From an uncultured virus (IMG/VR IMGVR_UViG_3300031720_000001) (taxonomy: Duplodnaviria; Heunggongvirae; Uroviricota; Caudoviricetes), in IMG/VR virus record IMGVR_UViG_3300031720_000001: 64,000 bases of DNA, one strand, 5' to 3'. The notes beneath the pieces are model-generated. The model was not told where the DNA came from and did no database searches. It saw only the letters and a list, made by a program, of their open reading frames with translations. The first letter of the stretch is position 1, and the number at the start of each line of letters is the position of its first letter. Made by a program: the position numbers and the translations under genes. Positions 9,846 to 19,466 of this stretch are shown in pieces.

Positions 9846-10181
9846 CTAGCCGCAGATCCCGATGTGCTCGTAGTACTCGCAATTATGCTCACCCTCCTGG
9901 CATAACCGATTGCATTTCATGATCGAGACACACCACAGGCTGCAATTGATGTCGGCCGAGATGCCCCCGGTCGGGTCGCACATCGGCGCGCACGTCAGCG
10001 GGTTCGGGTCTCCACCCCCACCTCCTCCACCGGGGCCCGGACCGCAGGTATCCCCCACCCAGTGCCCATCCTCGTCGAGCGCACAGATCGGGCTCGACAT
10101 CGAGCTCGACGCGGGCTCACCTACGGGCTCACCCACGCAGCCCGCTAGCACCATACATACGAACAGACTCTGTCCTCTCAT
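9846..10181 (-). CDS. Cys-rich lipoprotein
   Basis: VLAGC lipobox; Gly linker; many Cys. Confidence 0.55.
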   Translation of the reverse strand: MRGQSLFVCMVLAGCVGEPVGEPASSSMSSPICALDEDGHWVGDTCGPGPGGGGGGGDPNPLTCAPMCDPTGGISADINCSLWCVSIMKCNRLCQEGEHNCEYYEHIGICG

Positions 10182-11017
10182 TCCGTCCTCACTCCTTGCT
10201 CGCCGTTGATGGTGTCCGCAGGTGCGGGCGAGCTTTGCGCTCCCTGCGGGGTCAACTCCTCGATCAGCGCTCGAACCGCCTGGGCGCGCTGCCGCGAGTC
10301 CTTGGCGTAGTCCGCGAACATGGTCGCGGTGCGCTCCATGGTGACCGCCTTGATCTCCAGGCCCTGGCGATCGGACGAGCGCATCGCGTCCACCAGGAGG
10401 TTCACCGCGCGGCCGACCTCGGGGAAGTGCCAGCCGTGCGCGATCTCGATCCCCGACGCCGCCTCGAAGGCCTTCACCTTGGCCGCCAGCGCCTCCAGCG
10501 CGCGGGTGTCCCCTTCCTTGGAGTGCTGGCGCTCGGTCTGGATCGCCTGATTGATGTCCTGGTTGCGCTGGTTCAGGACCTCGTCGTGCTGGGTCCGGGG
10601 GACCCAGTGCTTGGTCACCGATCGCAGCATCGCGGCCACGAAGAACCGGTCCAGCGGGGCCGCCTTGCGCTTCTTGGCCCGGCGCACCACGCGGAGCACG
10701 CGGTTGACCGGCGTTAGGATGCCCCAGGTCGGCGGGATGAGTAGCCCGTCGATGATCGCGGGGTCAGACACGGTCAACCACCAGAAGTCGCAGTACTTGC
10801 CGACCGCGTCGGTCTTGGAGACGTCGAGAAGTTCCCGGCGCGTGTCGCGGCGCGAGATCTTGCACTCGTAGCCGTGGATCTCCATGCCGCGGCTGGGGTA
10901 CATGCCCATCGCCACCACGTCGGCGCGGCGCCGAGCCCGGGCGCCCACGCCATCGGCCAGCTCGGTGAACACCTGCCACCCGGGCCCTTCATGCCGGCGC
11001 CGGATGAGTGCGATCAC
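10178..11017 (-). CDS. MmcB-like PD-(D/E)xK nuclease-fold protein
   Basis: E..RRADVVA..GYECKISRRD..YCDFWW; GTGA overlap with upstream stop. Confidence 0.65.
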   Translation of the reverse strand: MIALIRRRHEGPGWQVFTELADGVGARARRRADVVAMGMYPSRGMEIHGYECKISRRDTRRELLDVSKTDAVGKYCDFWWLTVSDPAIIDGLLIPPTWGILTPVNRVLRVVRRAKKRKAAPLDRFFVAAMLRSVTKHWVPRTQHDEVLNQRNQDINQAIQTERQHSKEGDTRALEALAAKVKAFEAASGIEIAHGWHFPEVGRAVNLLVDAMRSSDRQGLEIKAVTMERTATMFADYAKDSRQRAQAVRALIEELTPQGAQSSPAPADTINGEQGVRTE

Positions 11018-11268
11018 GGGATGACCTTGCGCAGTGCGGTGTTGTAGGCGTCCAGGCACCGGAACAGCGCCCGGTCATCGCGCTCGATCGCCGCGTACAC
11101 GCTGTCGTCGCTCGAGGTCTCGTCGGTGAGCCGCGCGCGGGTCCGCGCCGCCGTCCGCTTGGCCGCCTCGAGCGAGACCGTCGCCTTGGCGATCTCGAGC
11201 AGCACGGGCCTGGCCTCGCTCCAGATCGCCTCGTCGTCCGTGGTCTCCAGTTGGGTGAGGCTGATCAT
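11014..11268 (-). CDS. Hypothetical protein
   Basis: AGGAG RBS; coupled to 10178-11017. Confidence 0.55.
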   Translation of the reverse strand: MISLTQLETTDDEAIWSEARPVLLEIAKATVSLEAAKRTAARTRARLTDETSSDDSVYAAIERDDRALFRCLDAYNTALRKVIP

Positions 11269-11339
11269 TGGGGAACTCCTGGGGTGCGGGATGCGCCTCG
11301 AAGGCGTGTGGTTGTAGCGGTACCAAGCGGGGTCGTCGT

Positions 11340-12305
11340 TCACAGAACCTCCGGGAACGCCTTGTGCTGCTCGCCATCGAGCTTGGGCAGTCCGATGATG
11401 GGGGACCCGCCCGAGCGCCGCGCCTTCTTGCTCGAGGACTCGCCGCACGCGATCCGGCGGCCGGCCTCCGCTTGCTTCAGGAAGTACGGAACGCCCGAGG
11501 CCTTGCACTGATCGCGTAGATCGGCAAACCAGTCGGGGTGCGCCTCGCGGGCGCCAAGGCCGCTCTCGCAACCCGCGATCAGCCAGCCAATGTCCGGCAG
11601 GTGGCTACGTAGATCCAGGCGCTCCAGCAGCGGCTCGCAGCTGAGCAGGCGCACCCCCGCGGGGGTCGCGCGCAGTTCTGGGATCCGTTCGTCGGCGGCC
11701 TTCTGGTTCTCGACCGAGACGCCCTGCCAGATCCAGGGGACCGGGAAGTTCTCCACGTCGCACCACTCCTTGCGCCGCGGCCGGTTCCAGTGCCCAGCGC
11801 CCCGGATGCGCTCGCCGGACGGCAGCGCGTAGTTCGTCAGCACCTCAAGACACATCTCGACCGACCACCGCGCGTACCACTGCCGCATGCGGCGCGCGCG
11901 CTTGGTCAGGATGATGTAGGTGTGCTGCGCGGCCAGCGCCATCACACCGAACACCACCGCGATCTGCTCGTCGCTGAGCTTCTCGTGGAACAAGTCGCTC
12001 ATCGAGTTCACGAAGATCCGCCGCGGTCGCCGCCATCCCAGCGGGTCGGCGAGGTGCGCAGGAACCATCCGGACCTCGCCCGTCCACCCGGGCTCGAGAC
12101 GATGCCGGGGGACATCTCGAACTGTGTCGTCCCGGATCACCACCAGCCGGCGCCTCGCTAGGCCCTCGTAGGGAAGCCCAGGGCCGCAATACCGGGCCGC
12201 CGTCCGCTCGGCGTAGCAGTGTCGGCAGCCCTCGCTCACCCGGGAACACCCGCGCACCGGGTTCCAAGTCGAGTCGCACCATTCAATGCCCGTCGTGTCA
12301 GACAT
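11340..12305 (-). CDS. DUF5131 / phage Gp37-Gp68 family protein
   Basis: TGIEWCDSTWNPVRGCSRVSEGCRHCYAE..IFVNSMSDLFHE..ILTKR..SCEPLL..GCESG..FLKQ. Confidence 0.9.
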   Translation of the reverse strand: MSDTTGIEWCDSTWNPVRGCSRVSEGCRHCYAERTAARYCGPGLPYEGLARRRLVVIRDDTVRDVPRHRLEPGWTGEVRMVPAHLADPLGWRRPRRIFVNSMSDLFHEKLSDEQIAVVFGVMALAAQHTYIILTKRARRMRQWYARWSVEMCLEVLTNYALPSGERIRGAGHWNRPRRKEWCDVENFPVPWIWQGVSVENQKAADERIPELRATPAGVRLLSCEPLLERLDLRSHLPDIGWLIAGCESGLGAREAHPDWFADLRDQCKASGVPYFLKQAEAGRRIACGESSSKKARRSGGSPIIGLPKLDGEQHKAFPEVL

Positions 12306-12307
12306 GG

Positions 12308-12946
12308 TCACTCCCACTGGCTCGGTCGTGGGCAGTGCTGCGACCACGCCGACTCACTCGCCGGGAGCGCCCGTCGGATCACCAGGCGATGCACTTCCTC
12401 TGGCCCCTTGGACGCCGGGGTCAGGATGTGGTCGTCGCCAGGACCATCCGACGCCAGCGCGTCGAGGTGTCTCGAGCCACTCCTGCGAATGATGGTGCGC
12501 GACCCGGCGAGCAGTTCCCACTCGTCGCCAGCGACGCGACGCATCCAGCCGATGCGGGTGACCGAGTAGCCGTAGCGTCCTGGGAGTTGGATGATCTTCA
12601 GACCGTTCTTCATGTCGATCTCCTGCAGTAATAACTTCGAGAGGTCGGCGGCGTCGGCGTCGGCGTCGGCGTCGTCGGCGGCGGCGGCGTCGGCGGCGGC
12701 GGCGGCGTCGGCGGCGGCGTCGGCGGCGGCGGCGGCGGCGGCGTCGGCGGCGTCGGCGTCGGCGGCGGCGGCGGCGTCGGCGGCGGCGGCGGCGGCGTCG
12801 GCGTCGGCGGCGGCGGCGGCGATAATCCAGAGCGCGAACCCCAGTCGTGTGGGCCGCCACCCCAACGCGAGTTCGTAGTCACCAAGGACCTCCCTGGTCT
12901 CCGGATCGGACCGGTCGTCCAGTAACCGTGAATGATAGGTGCTCAT
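12308..12946 (-). CDS. Hypothetical protein with a 59-codon Ala/Asp tract
   Basis: ORF spans the GCC/GAC repeat in frame; second AGGAG-ATG start at 12613. Confidence 0.55.
   Translation of the reverse strand: MSTYHSRLLDDRSDPETREVLGDYELALGWRPTRLGFALWIIAAAAADADAAAAAADAAAAADADAADAAAAAAADAAADAAAAADAAAADDADADADAADLSKLLLQEIDMKNGLKIIQLPGRYGYSVTRIGWMRRVAGDEWELLAGSRTIIRRSGSRHLDALASDGPGDDHILTPASKGPEEVHRLVIRRALPASESAWSQHCPRPSQWE
12644..12820. repeat. Trinucleotide GGC/GTC tandem tract (177 bp)
   Basis: Direct reading of the sequence. Confidence 0.95.
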
Positions 12947-12948
12947 GG

Positions 12949-13329
12949 TCACGCCGATCCGTTCCGTGGACCGGTCCACCGACCGAAGTCCACACGACAC
13001 ACCTCGCCACGACGCTGCATGCGGACCAGGGAGCTACGCACGGTGTTCAACTTCTCGCCAAGCAGCACCGCGAGCTCGCTTGGCGAGAACGCCACGCCGT
13101 GCTTGAGCACGTGGCGGAGCTTGCCGCGACAGGGTAAGGAGTTCCATTCCCCCCGGATCCGCGCGTAGCACTCCATCACCCGGATCTCCGAGGCGAGCGT
13201 GTCCAGGGTATGTTGGAGCGCGATGACTCGCTGACGTTTGCTTGCCACCAAGGAGCCAAGGACGTCCGGACCGGGCGATCGCATCTGTGACACGGCCTTG
13301 GTCAGATCCAGCGTGGTAAGTTCTCTCAT
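12949..13329 (-). CDS. Small HTH protein
   Basis: FSPSELAVLLGEKLNTVRSSLVRMQRRG winged-HTH-like pattern. Confidence 0.55.
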   Translation of the reverse strand: MRELTTLDLTKAVSQMRSPGPDVLGSLVASKRQRVIALQHTLDTLASEIRVMECYARIRGEWNSLPCRGKLRHVLKHGVAFSPSELAVLLGEKLNTVRSSLVRMQRRGEVCRVDFGRWTGPRNGSA

Positions 13330-13579
13330 TGGGAGCCCTTGGTTGCGAGCATTGCCCGACCTGCGACGGTCAGGCGGTACAGCATCACCTCGCCCTCCAC
13401 CTCGCGGTCCATGTCGCGGCCCCAGCCGTCACGGCATAGGAGCCCCAGTCGCTCGAGGCGCTTGAAGTGCCGGTGCTGTCCGGCACCGCGTGGGAAGATC
13501 CCGGCATGGAACTGACGCTCCAGCGTGTCGGCCCGTAACAGCGTGTCGATGTCGTTCGTGGTGAGGCGTGATGTCATGT

Positions 13580-14440
13580 TTAGGAGCCTCGCTTGAACGT
13601 GTACGCCCACACCCACGGGTTACTCTCCCACAACCCCCGCTTGCGGTTGAGCGCGTCCCAGCCCGCGATGAACGCCTCTCCCTCGGATGGGTACAGCATG
13701 CATCGGCCGTCATCGACCCCGAACACGTAGCCGACCCGCGGGGGCCCATCCTCGTCGGCCGGGATCCGTCCTGGGACCACGCCCTCCCAGCGCATCTCCT
13801 CCACGGTGAGGTCCTGCAGCCGCACGAGGCGCGCCGACTGGACGTCGAGCTTGGTGCGCGCGGCCCACCGGGGCATGAACCAGGGACTCCGCCACTTGTC
13901 GCGGTGGACCCCGTTTCTGTGCGCGTCCACCCAGCGATCTGCAGCGTCGGCGGTGTTCTCGATCCGCTGGAACGCACCGTCCGCCTCGAACAGGATACCA
14001 TCGACCATGTCCGCCGGCCGCTCGTAGGTCCGCCACTTCTCCAGCATCAGCACCCGCGCCGCGCCGGTGGCCGGGGGGAGCACCTGCCAGCACTTCCGGC
14101 CATTACCCAGGTCCGCCAGGAACGTGACGCCGTCGTGGATCCACGGGCACACGAAGTCGAACTCCCCGGGCCGGAGCCCCAGGGTCCCGGTGGGGGTCCG
14201 CGCCGTCACCGCACCCGCGCCGCCAATGGCGGCCTTGTAGAGGCCCGGCTTTGCGATCCGGATCGGGAGCCCCACCTCGGCCAACTCCGAGGTGATCGTG
14301 CGCCGGATCCGCACGCGCAGTTGAGCCGCGACCCGCCGGGACTGCACCTTGGCGTCCGCCCGGATCGCAAGCACCGAGGCCCGGCAGAACGGCACACCCA
14401 GATCGCCGTTAGCCACGCTCGCGCTCCCCGTCGTGATCAC
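13580..14440 (-). CDS. Conserved phage protein (ASCH-like)
   Basis: WRSPWFMPRWAAR..RLQDLT..EGV..WESNPWVW. Confidence 0.7.
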   Translation of the reverse strand: MITTGSASVANGDLGVPFCRASVLAIRADAKVQSRRVAAQLRVRIRRTITSELAEVGLPIRIAKPGLYKAAIGGAGAVTARTPTGTLGLRPGEFDFVCPWIHDGVTFLADLGNGRKCWQVLPPATGAARVLMLEKWRTYERPADMVDGILFEADGAFQRIENTADAADRWVDAHRNGVHRDKWRSPWFMPRWAARTKLDVQSARLVRLQDLTVEEMRWEGVVPGRIPADEDGPPRVGYVFGVDDGRCMLYPSEGEAFIAGWDALNRKRGLWESNPWVWAYTFKRGS

Positions 14441-14961
14441 CCGCCATCGGGCACCTCGTGGCGGCGGTTCCAGATCTCCGCGAGCCGCTCTCGGGCCTCG
14501 CGGATCTCGGCCTCCGTTGGGTAGCGCAATGGGAACGGCGCCTTACCGCCTGTACCAATGCAGCGCTCGGCGAGCGCGATGTGGCAAGCGTCTCTGCCGA
14601 TCGCGTCGGTCAGAGTGCCGTCCAGAAGGCTGTTGTGAAGTTCGCGGATCTGCGCGTCCGTGATCGTCGTCCCAGTCAGTCTCATCCTCTTCTGAGGCTG
14701 AGGCCCCTCCTCTTCAATCTTTGCATCGCAGAAGCACCGCGGTTGCGAGCACGCAACGCCGATCAGCCGGTAGCGCTGCCCTGTATCCAGGTCCGTGATG
14801 ACGCCGTAGTCCCCGCCGCCGCGGCGAGCCTTGGCATGGTCGGCCTCGGTCACGCGAAGCGCCACCCGCTCGCCCTGGTACAAGGGCGTCAGGAAAGGCT
14901 CCTCGAGCGGCACCACGTGCTGCATCTTGTCCTCGGACAATGGCCAGGGTCCCTTGATCAT
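14437..14961 (-). CDS. Hypothetical protein
   Basis: MIKGPWP start overlaps the stop of the MTase gene (ATGA). Confidence 0.5.
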   Translation of the reverse strand: MIKGPWPLSEDKMQHVVPLEEPFLTPLYQGERVALRVTEADHAKARRGGGDYGVITDLDTGQRYRLIGVACSQPRCFCDAKIEEEGPQPQKRMRLTGTTITDAQIRELHNSLLDGTLTDAIGRDACHIALAERCIGTGGKAPFPLRYPTEAEIREARERLAEIWNRRHEVPDGG

Positions 14962-15494
14962 GTTCTCCCCCAGGTGGTCCACCGGGTCAGGTGGGCAAAG
15001 GTTTTCGTGAACGCCGCCGCGCGCGGCCCGAAGTAGATCAGCGCGGGTTCGAACCGGCAACCCTGCCGTGTCATCGCCGCCCGCTTGTTCTTGGCCTTGC
15101 TGGGCAGGTTCGGGGGGCGCAGGAACGGGATCCGCTTCAGCGCCAGGATGCGGGGGTTGCGGCGCGTGAGCATGCACTGCATCGACCACCACCGCGAGGA
15201 GGTCGACATCATGCACAGCCGGATGTGCTCGCGCACATTGCCTAGCTTGAACTCGGTCAACATCTTGACCGTCCACGCCTCGGCCTGCGAGTACGGGTCG
15301 TTCTGGTAGCCCGACCGCGCCACCGGCCTCTTGAGGCACCAAGGCAAGACAAGGCCGCTGTGGGTGTACGCCATGCGCGCCAGGATGATGCTCTGCTCGT
15401 TCGAGCACGGGTCGATGTCGACCGGACCGCCATGAAAGTCCGCCAGCGGGTCGGCGATCTCGGGCGGCGAGCACCAGGCGTCGGAGTCGCTCAT
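14958..15494 (-). CDS. Phage Dam-like N6-adenine DNA methyltransferase
   Basis: W.SPPE..IDPCSN..GL..PW..NDPYS (NPPY-like motif IV). Confidence 0.65.
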   Translation of the reverse strand: MSDSDAWCSPPEIADPLADFHGGPVDIDPCSNEQSIILARMAYTHSGLVLPWCLKRPVARSGYQNDPYSQAEAWTVKMLTEFKLGNVREHIRLCMMSTSSRWWSMQCMLTRRNPRILALKRIPFLRPPNLPSKAKNKRAAMTRQGCRFEPALIYFGPRAAAFTKTFAHLTRWTTWGRT

Positions 15495-15503
15495 GTCCCT
15501 GGC

Positions 15504-15848
15504 TCATTTCTTCTTGGTGACGGCCCGCCGCCGGCTCACGCGACCGCTGGGCGCTTCGCTCGAGAGGGTCACCCGCATCACCATCTCGTACTGCGGCAGG
15601 GTCGTGAGCTCGCCGGGAGCCCGGAGCCGCCACTCGACCCCCGTCACGTAGAGATCCATCGTGCCGAGCTCGAGGTCGCCCGTATCGCCGCGTTTGGCGT
15701 AGTCGGCGTAGATCCGATCACCGACCTGGGGGCGGAAGGTGTCCGGGGCGCTCAATGTCACGCCGTCGATGCGGAGCACCCGGGCGTCGACGTCGCGCAC
15801 CAGAATCTCCTCCTTGGCGTCAAAGCGATATTCAACGGGGAATGTCAT
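15504..15848 (-). CDS. Hypothetical protein
   Basis: Coupled ORF in the minus-strand run. Confidence 0.5.
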   Translation of the reverse strand: MTFPVEYRFDAKEEILVRDVDARVLRIDGVTLSAPDTFRPQVGDRIYADYAKRGDTGDLELGTMDLYVTGVEWRLRAPGELTTLPQYEMVMRVTLSSEAPSGRVSRRRAVTKKK

Positions 15849-16140
15849 CGGGCACCGTCCGCGGAAAAGACCTCGTCATCGAGCCGGAGTTCGATGATGC
15901 CAGTGTCCGTCGCGTTCCGGCTTGGTTCTGGGCTCGGCCCAGGTTCCGCCGCGCTCCACCGACCGCCGGTCAACTTCGGGATCCCGGTCGCGACGTCCTC
16001 CCAGTTGTCCGCCAGTAGGTCCTCCGTAGTGAGCCGATAGGTGTAGCCCTCAGCCCACTGGACAAAGCCAGCCCCGCCCCGAACCCGCATGTACGCACGA
16101 CCGTTCTTCTTGCTGAGCGTGAGCGCCTCGATGATGGTCA

Positions 16141-16389
16141 TCACTCCCTCTCTTTGCCACTGGCAAGTTGTGCGGCGGCCAGCCGGACCTGAGCCTCCCA
16201 CGCGTGCCGGTAGGCCGCCTCAAGCCGCTCGAGGTGCGCGACCTTCGCGGCAAGCTTGGTCTCGTTCGCGCGCGCAGCGGCCAACTCGGCGCGCAGCGGC
16301 AGCACCACGTCGCTCTCGAAGTTGTGGAGCTTGATGCTCAGATCACGGACGCGTTGATTTGCGTCGTGTAGGGGATTGCGCCGGCGCAT
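16141..16389 (-). CDS. Small coiled-coil protein starting MRRRNP
   Basis: Heptad pattern; RRNP motif. Confidence 0.45.
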   Translation of the reverse strand: MRRRNPLHDANQRVRDLSIKLHNFESDVVLPLRAELAAARANETKLAAKVAHLERLEAAYRHAWEAQVRLAAAQLASGKERE

Positions 16390-16430
16390 GCGGACCTCAT
16401 CTCGAATCTCGGGCGGTAACCGTACTACGG

Positions 16431-16898
16431 TCAGTCGAACTCCAGCAAGGAGAAGCGCGTCTCCGACGGGTCACCCTCGGGCTTGGGTGCGACCTCCTCC
16501 TTCATGCCTTCTGAATCCGGAGTCGTGGACGCGGCGAGGTGCTGGTGAAGCGCGGCCTCACGGCGGGCGGCATCGCGCTCGGCGATGGCGGCATCACGCT
16601 CGGCACGGGTCTTTGCGTGGTGGCGCTGGGAGACGCGGAGATCGCGCTGCACACGCTCGAGATCCGTCTCATGCTCGCGGACCTTGCCTTCGAGGATGGA
16701 GATCTTCGAGCGATACTCGATCAGGTGGCGGTGTGCGTTGGACTCAGCGTGCTGCGCGTTGGCCAGGGCTTGCTGGGTTCGCTGGAGCACGGTGAGTTGG
16801 CCGGACAACGCACATGCGCGGTGGAGTACCTCGGTGCCGTCGATCACGAACTTCTGGGGCTCGACGATCGGGGACTGACACACCGCGCATGTCGCCAT
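16431..16898 (-). CDS. Zn-finger plus coiled-coil protein
   Basis: CAVC..HRAC; C-terminal RFSLLEFD. Confidence 0.55.
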   Translation of the reverse strand: MATCAVCQSPIVEPQKFVIDGTEVLHRACALSGQLTVLQRTQQALANAQHAESNAHRHLIEYRSKISILEGKVREHETDLERVQRDLRVSQRHHAKTRAERDAAIAERDAARREAALHQHLAASTTPDSEGMKEEVAPKPEGDPSETRFSLLEFD

Positions 16899-16923
16899 GG
16901 TCAGGAAAGTTTACGGCATCTGA

Positions 16924-17187
16924 CTAGCAGCCGCCCGGGCGGCAGCTCACTCCCGGGCGATGCGAGAAGCATCCGTCCGACTCGCACCCCGCGGACCCGC
17001 AGTTGTCGCTGGGCCCGTCGCAACTCGGATACCCGGCGGTCGTCGGGCAGGTCACGTCTGCGGTCGGATCGGTGACCACGCCACCGACGACCTTTCGCAG
17101 TTGCTCGCCGAGGACAACTCGCAGATTTCCGGTCAACTGCCGCACCGTCTCGCCGGTGATCGCCAACTTCTTGTTCGTTTTCTTCAT
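16924..17187 (-). CDS. RiPP-precursor-like peptide (double-glycine leader, Cys/Ser/Thr-rich core)
   Basis: MKKTNKKLAITGETVRQL..LRKVVGG followed by a core with 6 Cys. Confidence 0.65.
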   Translation of the reverse strand: MKKTNKKLAITGETVRQLTGNLRVVLGEQLRKVVGGVVTDPTADVTCPTTAGYPSCDGPSDNCGSAGCESDGCFSHRPGVSCRPGGC

Positions 17188-17282
17188 CTCGCTCGTTTCT
17201 CATGCGGAGGGAATTGTCCGCATCCGCGACACGCTACTGCAGGTAGAAATTGAAAATGTGAAGTCTCACGGAGCGCTTTGCA

Positions 17283-18437
17283 TCAGGGCATCGAATCCCG
17301 CAGCATCGCGACCCGGGCGTCGCGCCACGCCAGCGTCTTCCGCGCACACTCGAGCTCTGCGAGAAGGTCGCACCCCAGGAGCAGGCGGGCGCTCCAGCGC
17401 CGGTTCGTGTGCGCGTTGTACTCGGCCAGGAGCGCGAAGTCGGGGAGCCCCACCCCTTGCTGCACCCAGCGCGGAATCATCGCGCCTACGGCCTCCTGGT
17501 AGCCCTTATCGCAGGATCCATCCCAACTCCCCGGACCGGGTTGCGCGAGCTCGCGCAGCACCTGAGCGGCACCGTACGGAGGAACCAGCGTCAGCGTGGG
17601 ACGGTTGGTTCCCATGCCAGTCTCGTGCCCCCCCCCCGATCCCCCCTCTCCGGAAGGAGAAGATAGATCCGGGATCCGGGATCCGGGATCCTGGATCCTG
17701 TTCGTATCCGATACGGTATCGGGTACGGTTTCCGGACTATTGATTTTGTTCGATTGACGCAGAACAGCAGAGTTATCCACAGGAGAGGTCGAAGCCTGTG
17801 GATAACTTCCAGCGTCCGGGATCGGCGAACCGTTCCCGGAACCATTCCCGGACGGCACGGGAGACGCAAGGAGGACAGTTGGAGGCGCAAAGAGGGAGGG
17901 CTGCACCTGTGTGGTCGTGTCGGAGTCGGCCAGTCGGCGGACGCCACGACGACGCGGCACCGGGATCGGCACCCGGGCAAAGGTCTCGCTCCAGGCCGCT
18001 TCGTGGTGCGGCGTGACGACCTTGTCCGAGCGCTTGGCGCCGGTGTCGATGATCCATCGCAGGGTGGGGATATGGGCATCGCGGACCCCGCACTCGGGGA
18101 CGCTCTTGAACCGGGTCCACCAGGACCGGATCGCGTTGCCGTTGTGGGGGAACTCCCCGGGGTCGGGCAGCATGCAGAGGCGCAGCACGCGGCTCTTGGC
18201 GTCGTACTCGGCCATCTCGCGGTCGAGCAGCTTGCCCAGGCTGTCGATCACGACGTCCGGTGATTGGTGCGCGGCGTCCGCCATCGTGGGGATCCCGCCT
18301 TGCCAGAGCCCGGGCGCGTGCCGCTTGGCCTCCGCGGTCGTGTAGAGCGCCAGCCACAGGATACGTGTCGAATCGTCGAGCGCGACGAAGGGCTCCCAGT
18401 CCCAGAGCCCCGAGCCCAGCCGGGTGAACGCGGTCAT
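17283..18437 (-). CDS. Putative replication initiator (N-terminal wHTH) containing an origin
   Basis: W....F..L....RILWLAL..GL..MAD..L..L N-terminus typical of phage replisome organisers; internal DnaA boxes and repeats. Confidence 0.65.
   Translation of the reverse strand: MTAFTRLGSGLWDWEPFVALDDSTRILWLALYTTAEAKRHAPGLWQGGIPTMADAAHQSPDVVIDSLGKLLDREMAEYDAKSRVLRLCMLPDPGEFPHNGNAIRSWWTRFKSVPECGVRDAHIPTLRWIIDTGAKRSDKVVTPHHEAAWSETFARVPIPVPRRRGVRRLADSDTTTQVQPSLFAPPTVLLASPVPSGNGSGNGSPIPDAGSYPQASTSPVDNSAVLRQSNKINSPETVPDTVSDTNRIQDPGSRIPDLSSPSGEGGSGGGHETGMGTNRPTLTLVPPYGAAQVLRELAQPGPGSWDGSCDKGYQEAVGAMIPRWVQQGVGLPDFALLAEYNAHTNRRWSARLLLGCDLLAELECARKTLAWRDARVAMLRDSMP
17667..17852. promoter_or_regulatory. 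Putative replication origin: inverted DnaA boxes, GGATCC tandem repeats, AT-rich patch
   Basis: TTATCCACA at 17773-17781 and TGTGGATAA at 17797-17805 in a 13-bp inverted repeat; GATCC(G/T)GG repeats at 17667-17699; AT-rich 17737-17757. Confidence 0.7.
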
Positions 18438-18835
18438 GGCACCCGCCGCCGGGGCCGGCGTCGCGCCAAGCTCCCCAGGCGCTCGCCACCGATCATCTCG
18501 TTGGATAGCCGGTTCTTGACGTCGCACAGGTGCTGGATCTGCGCGTTGAAGATCCGGATCGTCTCGTTGGCCTGTGCCACCCACCGGTTGTGTTTCTCGA
18601 CGACCTCGTCCAGTTCCTTCTGCTGAGCCTGGGTGTGGGCCTCCCACAGTTCCTGGTTTCTCGCTTGGTAGCGGAGGAACCACCACGGGTCGAGCTCGGC
18701 GTCACAGTCGCTACAGGACAGCGACGCCGCGTCGTCGTCGACCTCGACGTGAAGGTGTGGACAGGTGCCTTTCTTCTTGCGCCGGATGAACGCTTCGATC
18801 GGGATGACCCCGCCCCCGCCGACCTGCGCGGTCAA
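18434..18835 (-). CDS. Zn-finger coiled-coil phage protein
   Basis: CPH..CSDC..DPW; coupled to the initiator gene. Confidence 0.55.
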   Translation of the reverse strand: MTAQVGGGGVIPIEAFIRRKKKGTCPHLHVEVDDDAASLSCSDCDAELDPWWFLRYQARNQELWEAHTQAQQKELDEVVEKHNRWVAQANETIRIFNAQIQHLCDVKNRLSNEMIGGERLGSLARRRPRRRVP

Positions 18836-19466
18836 TCGCCATCTCCGCTGCCGTAGCCACCCAAGTCCGGCGGCTCGGGGAAGTTGCGATCGTCGTAGAT
18901 CGTGGTGGTCCCCCAATAGGTCCCATCCCGCAAGGCCTCTGCAGTCTCGATCGCGAGCGCCAACCCCTCCTTGCGGAGGTACCTCGAGAGCACTGGGAAG
19001 CGTGTCATCGTAAAAACCCCCAAAGCGCGGTCAAGGCAATGAGACTACATGCACAGACCGCTGTGGGTCATCCGCTTCGGTCCGCCAATGACACGATCGT
19101 GACACGCCCGACCCAAACGACTCGCCGCCACCACTCCGGATGAGCGTACCCTCACGTGGGAGGCCCCGCTGGACAAGGACAATAACCCACACGAGCGAAA
19201 CACCCGCCACTTCACCCCGGATGCCTCCGTCGGGTGGGCGTTCGCGGTGGCCACCCTGGAGCGCCTGAGCGGGTGGGCGATCCAGGCGCTCCGACTGGGG
19301 ACCCTGCTCCTCCTGCAGCAGTGCATCCGCACGATGGCCCAACCCGGCGGCGACAAGCGCGCGCTCCTGGCCCGCGCCAAGGAGCTCCTGGCCGCTCTCG
19401 ATCACCTGCCGTGGAACGACGCCTCCCCGACCCCGACGCCCGCACCACCGCCGGTAGCGCCGCTCC

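Noticed and set aside
12354..12885. Poly-Arg and poly-Pro/Thr ORFs
   Set aside because: Alternative frames of the GCC/GAC tract; the Ala/Asp frame is the one continuous with protein-like flanks
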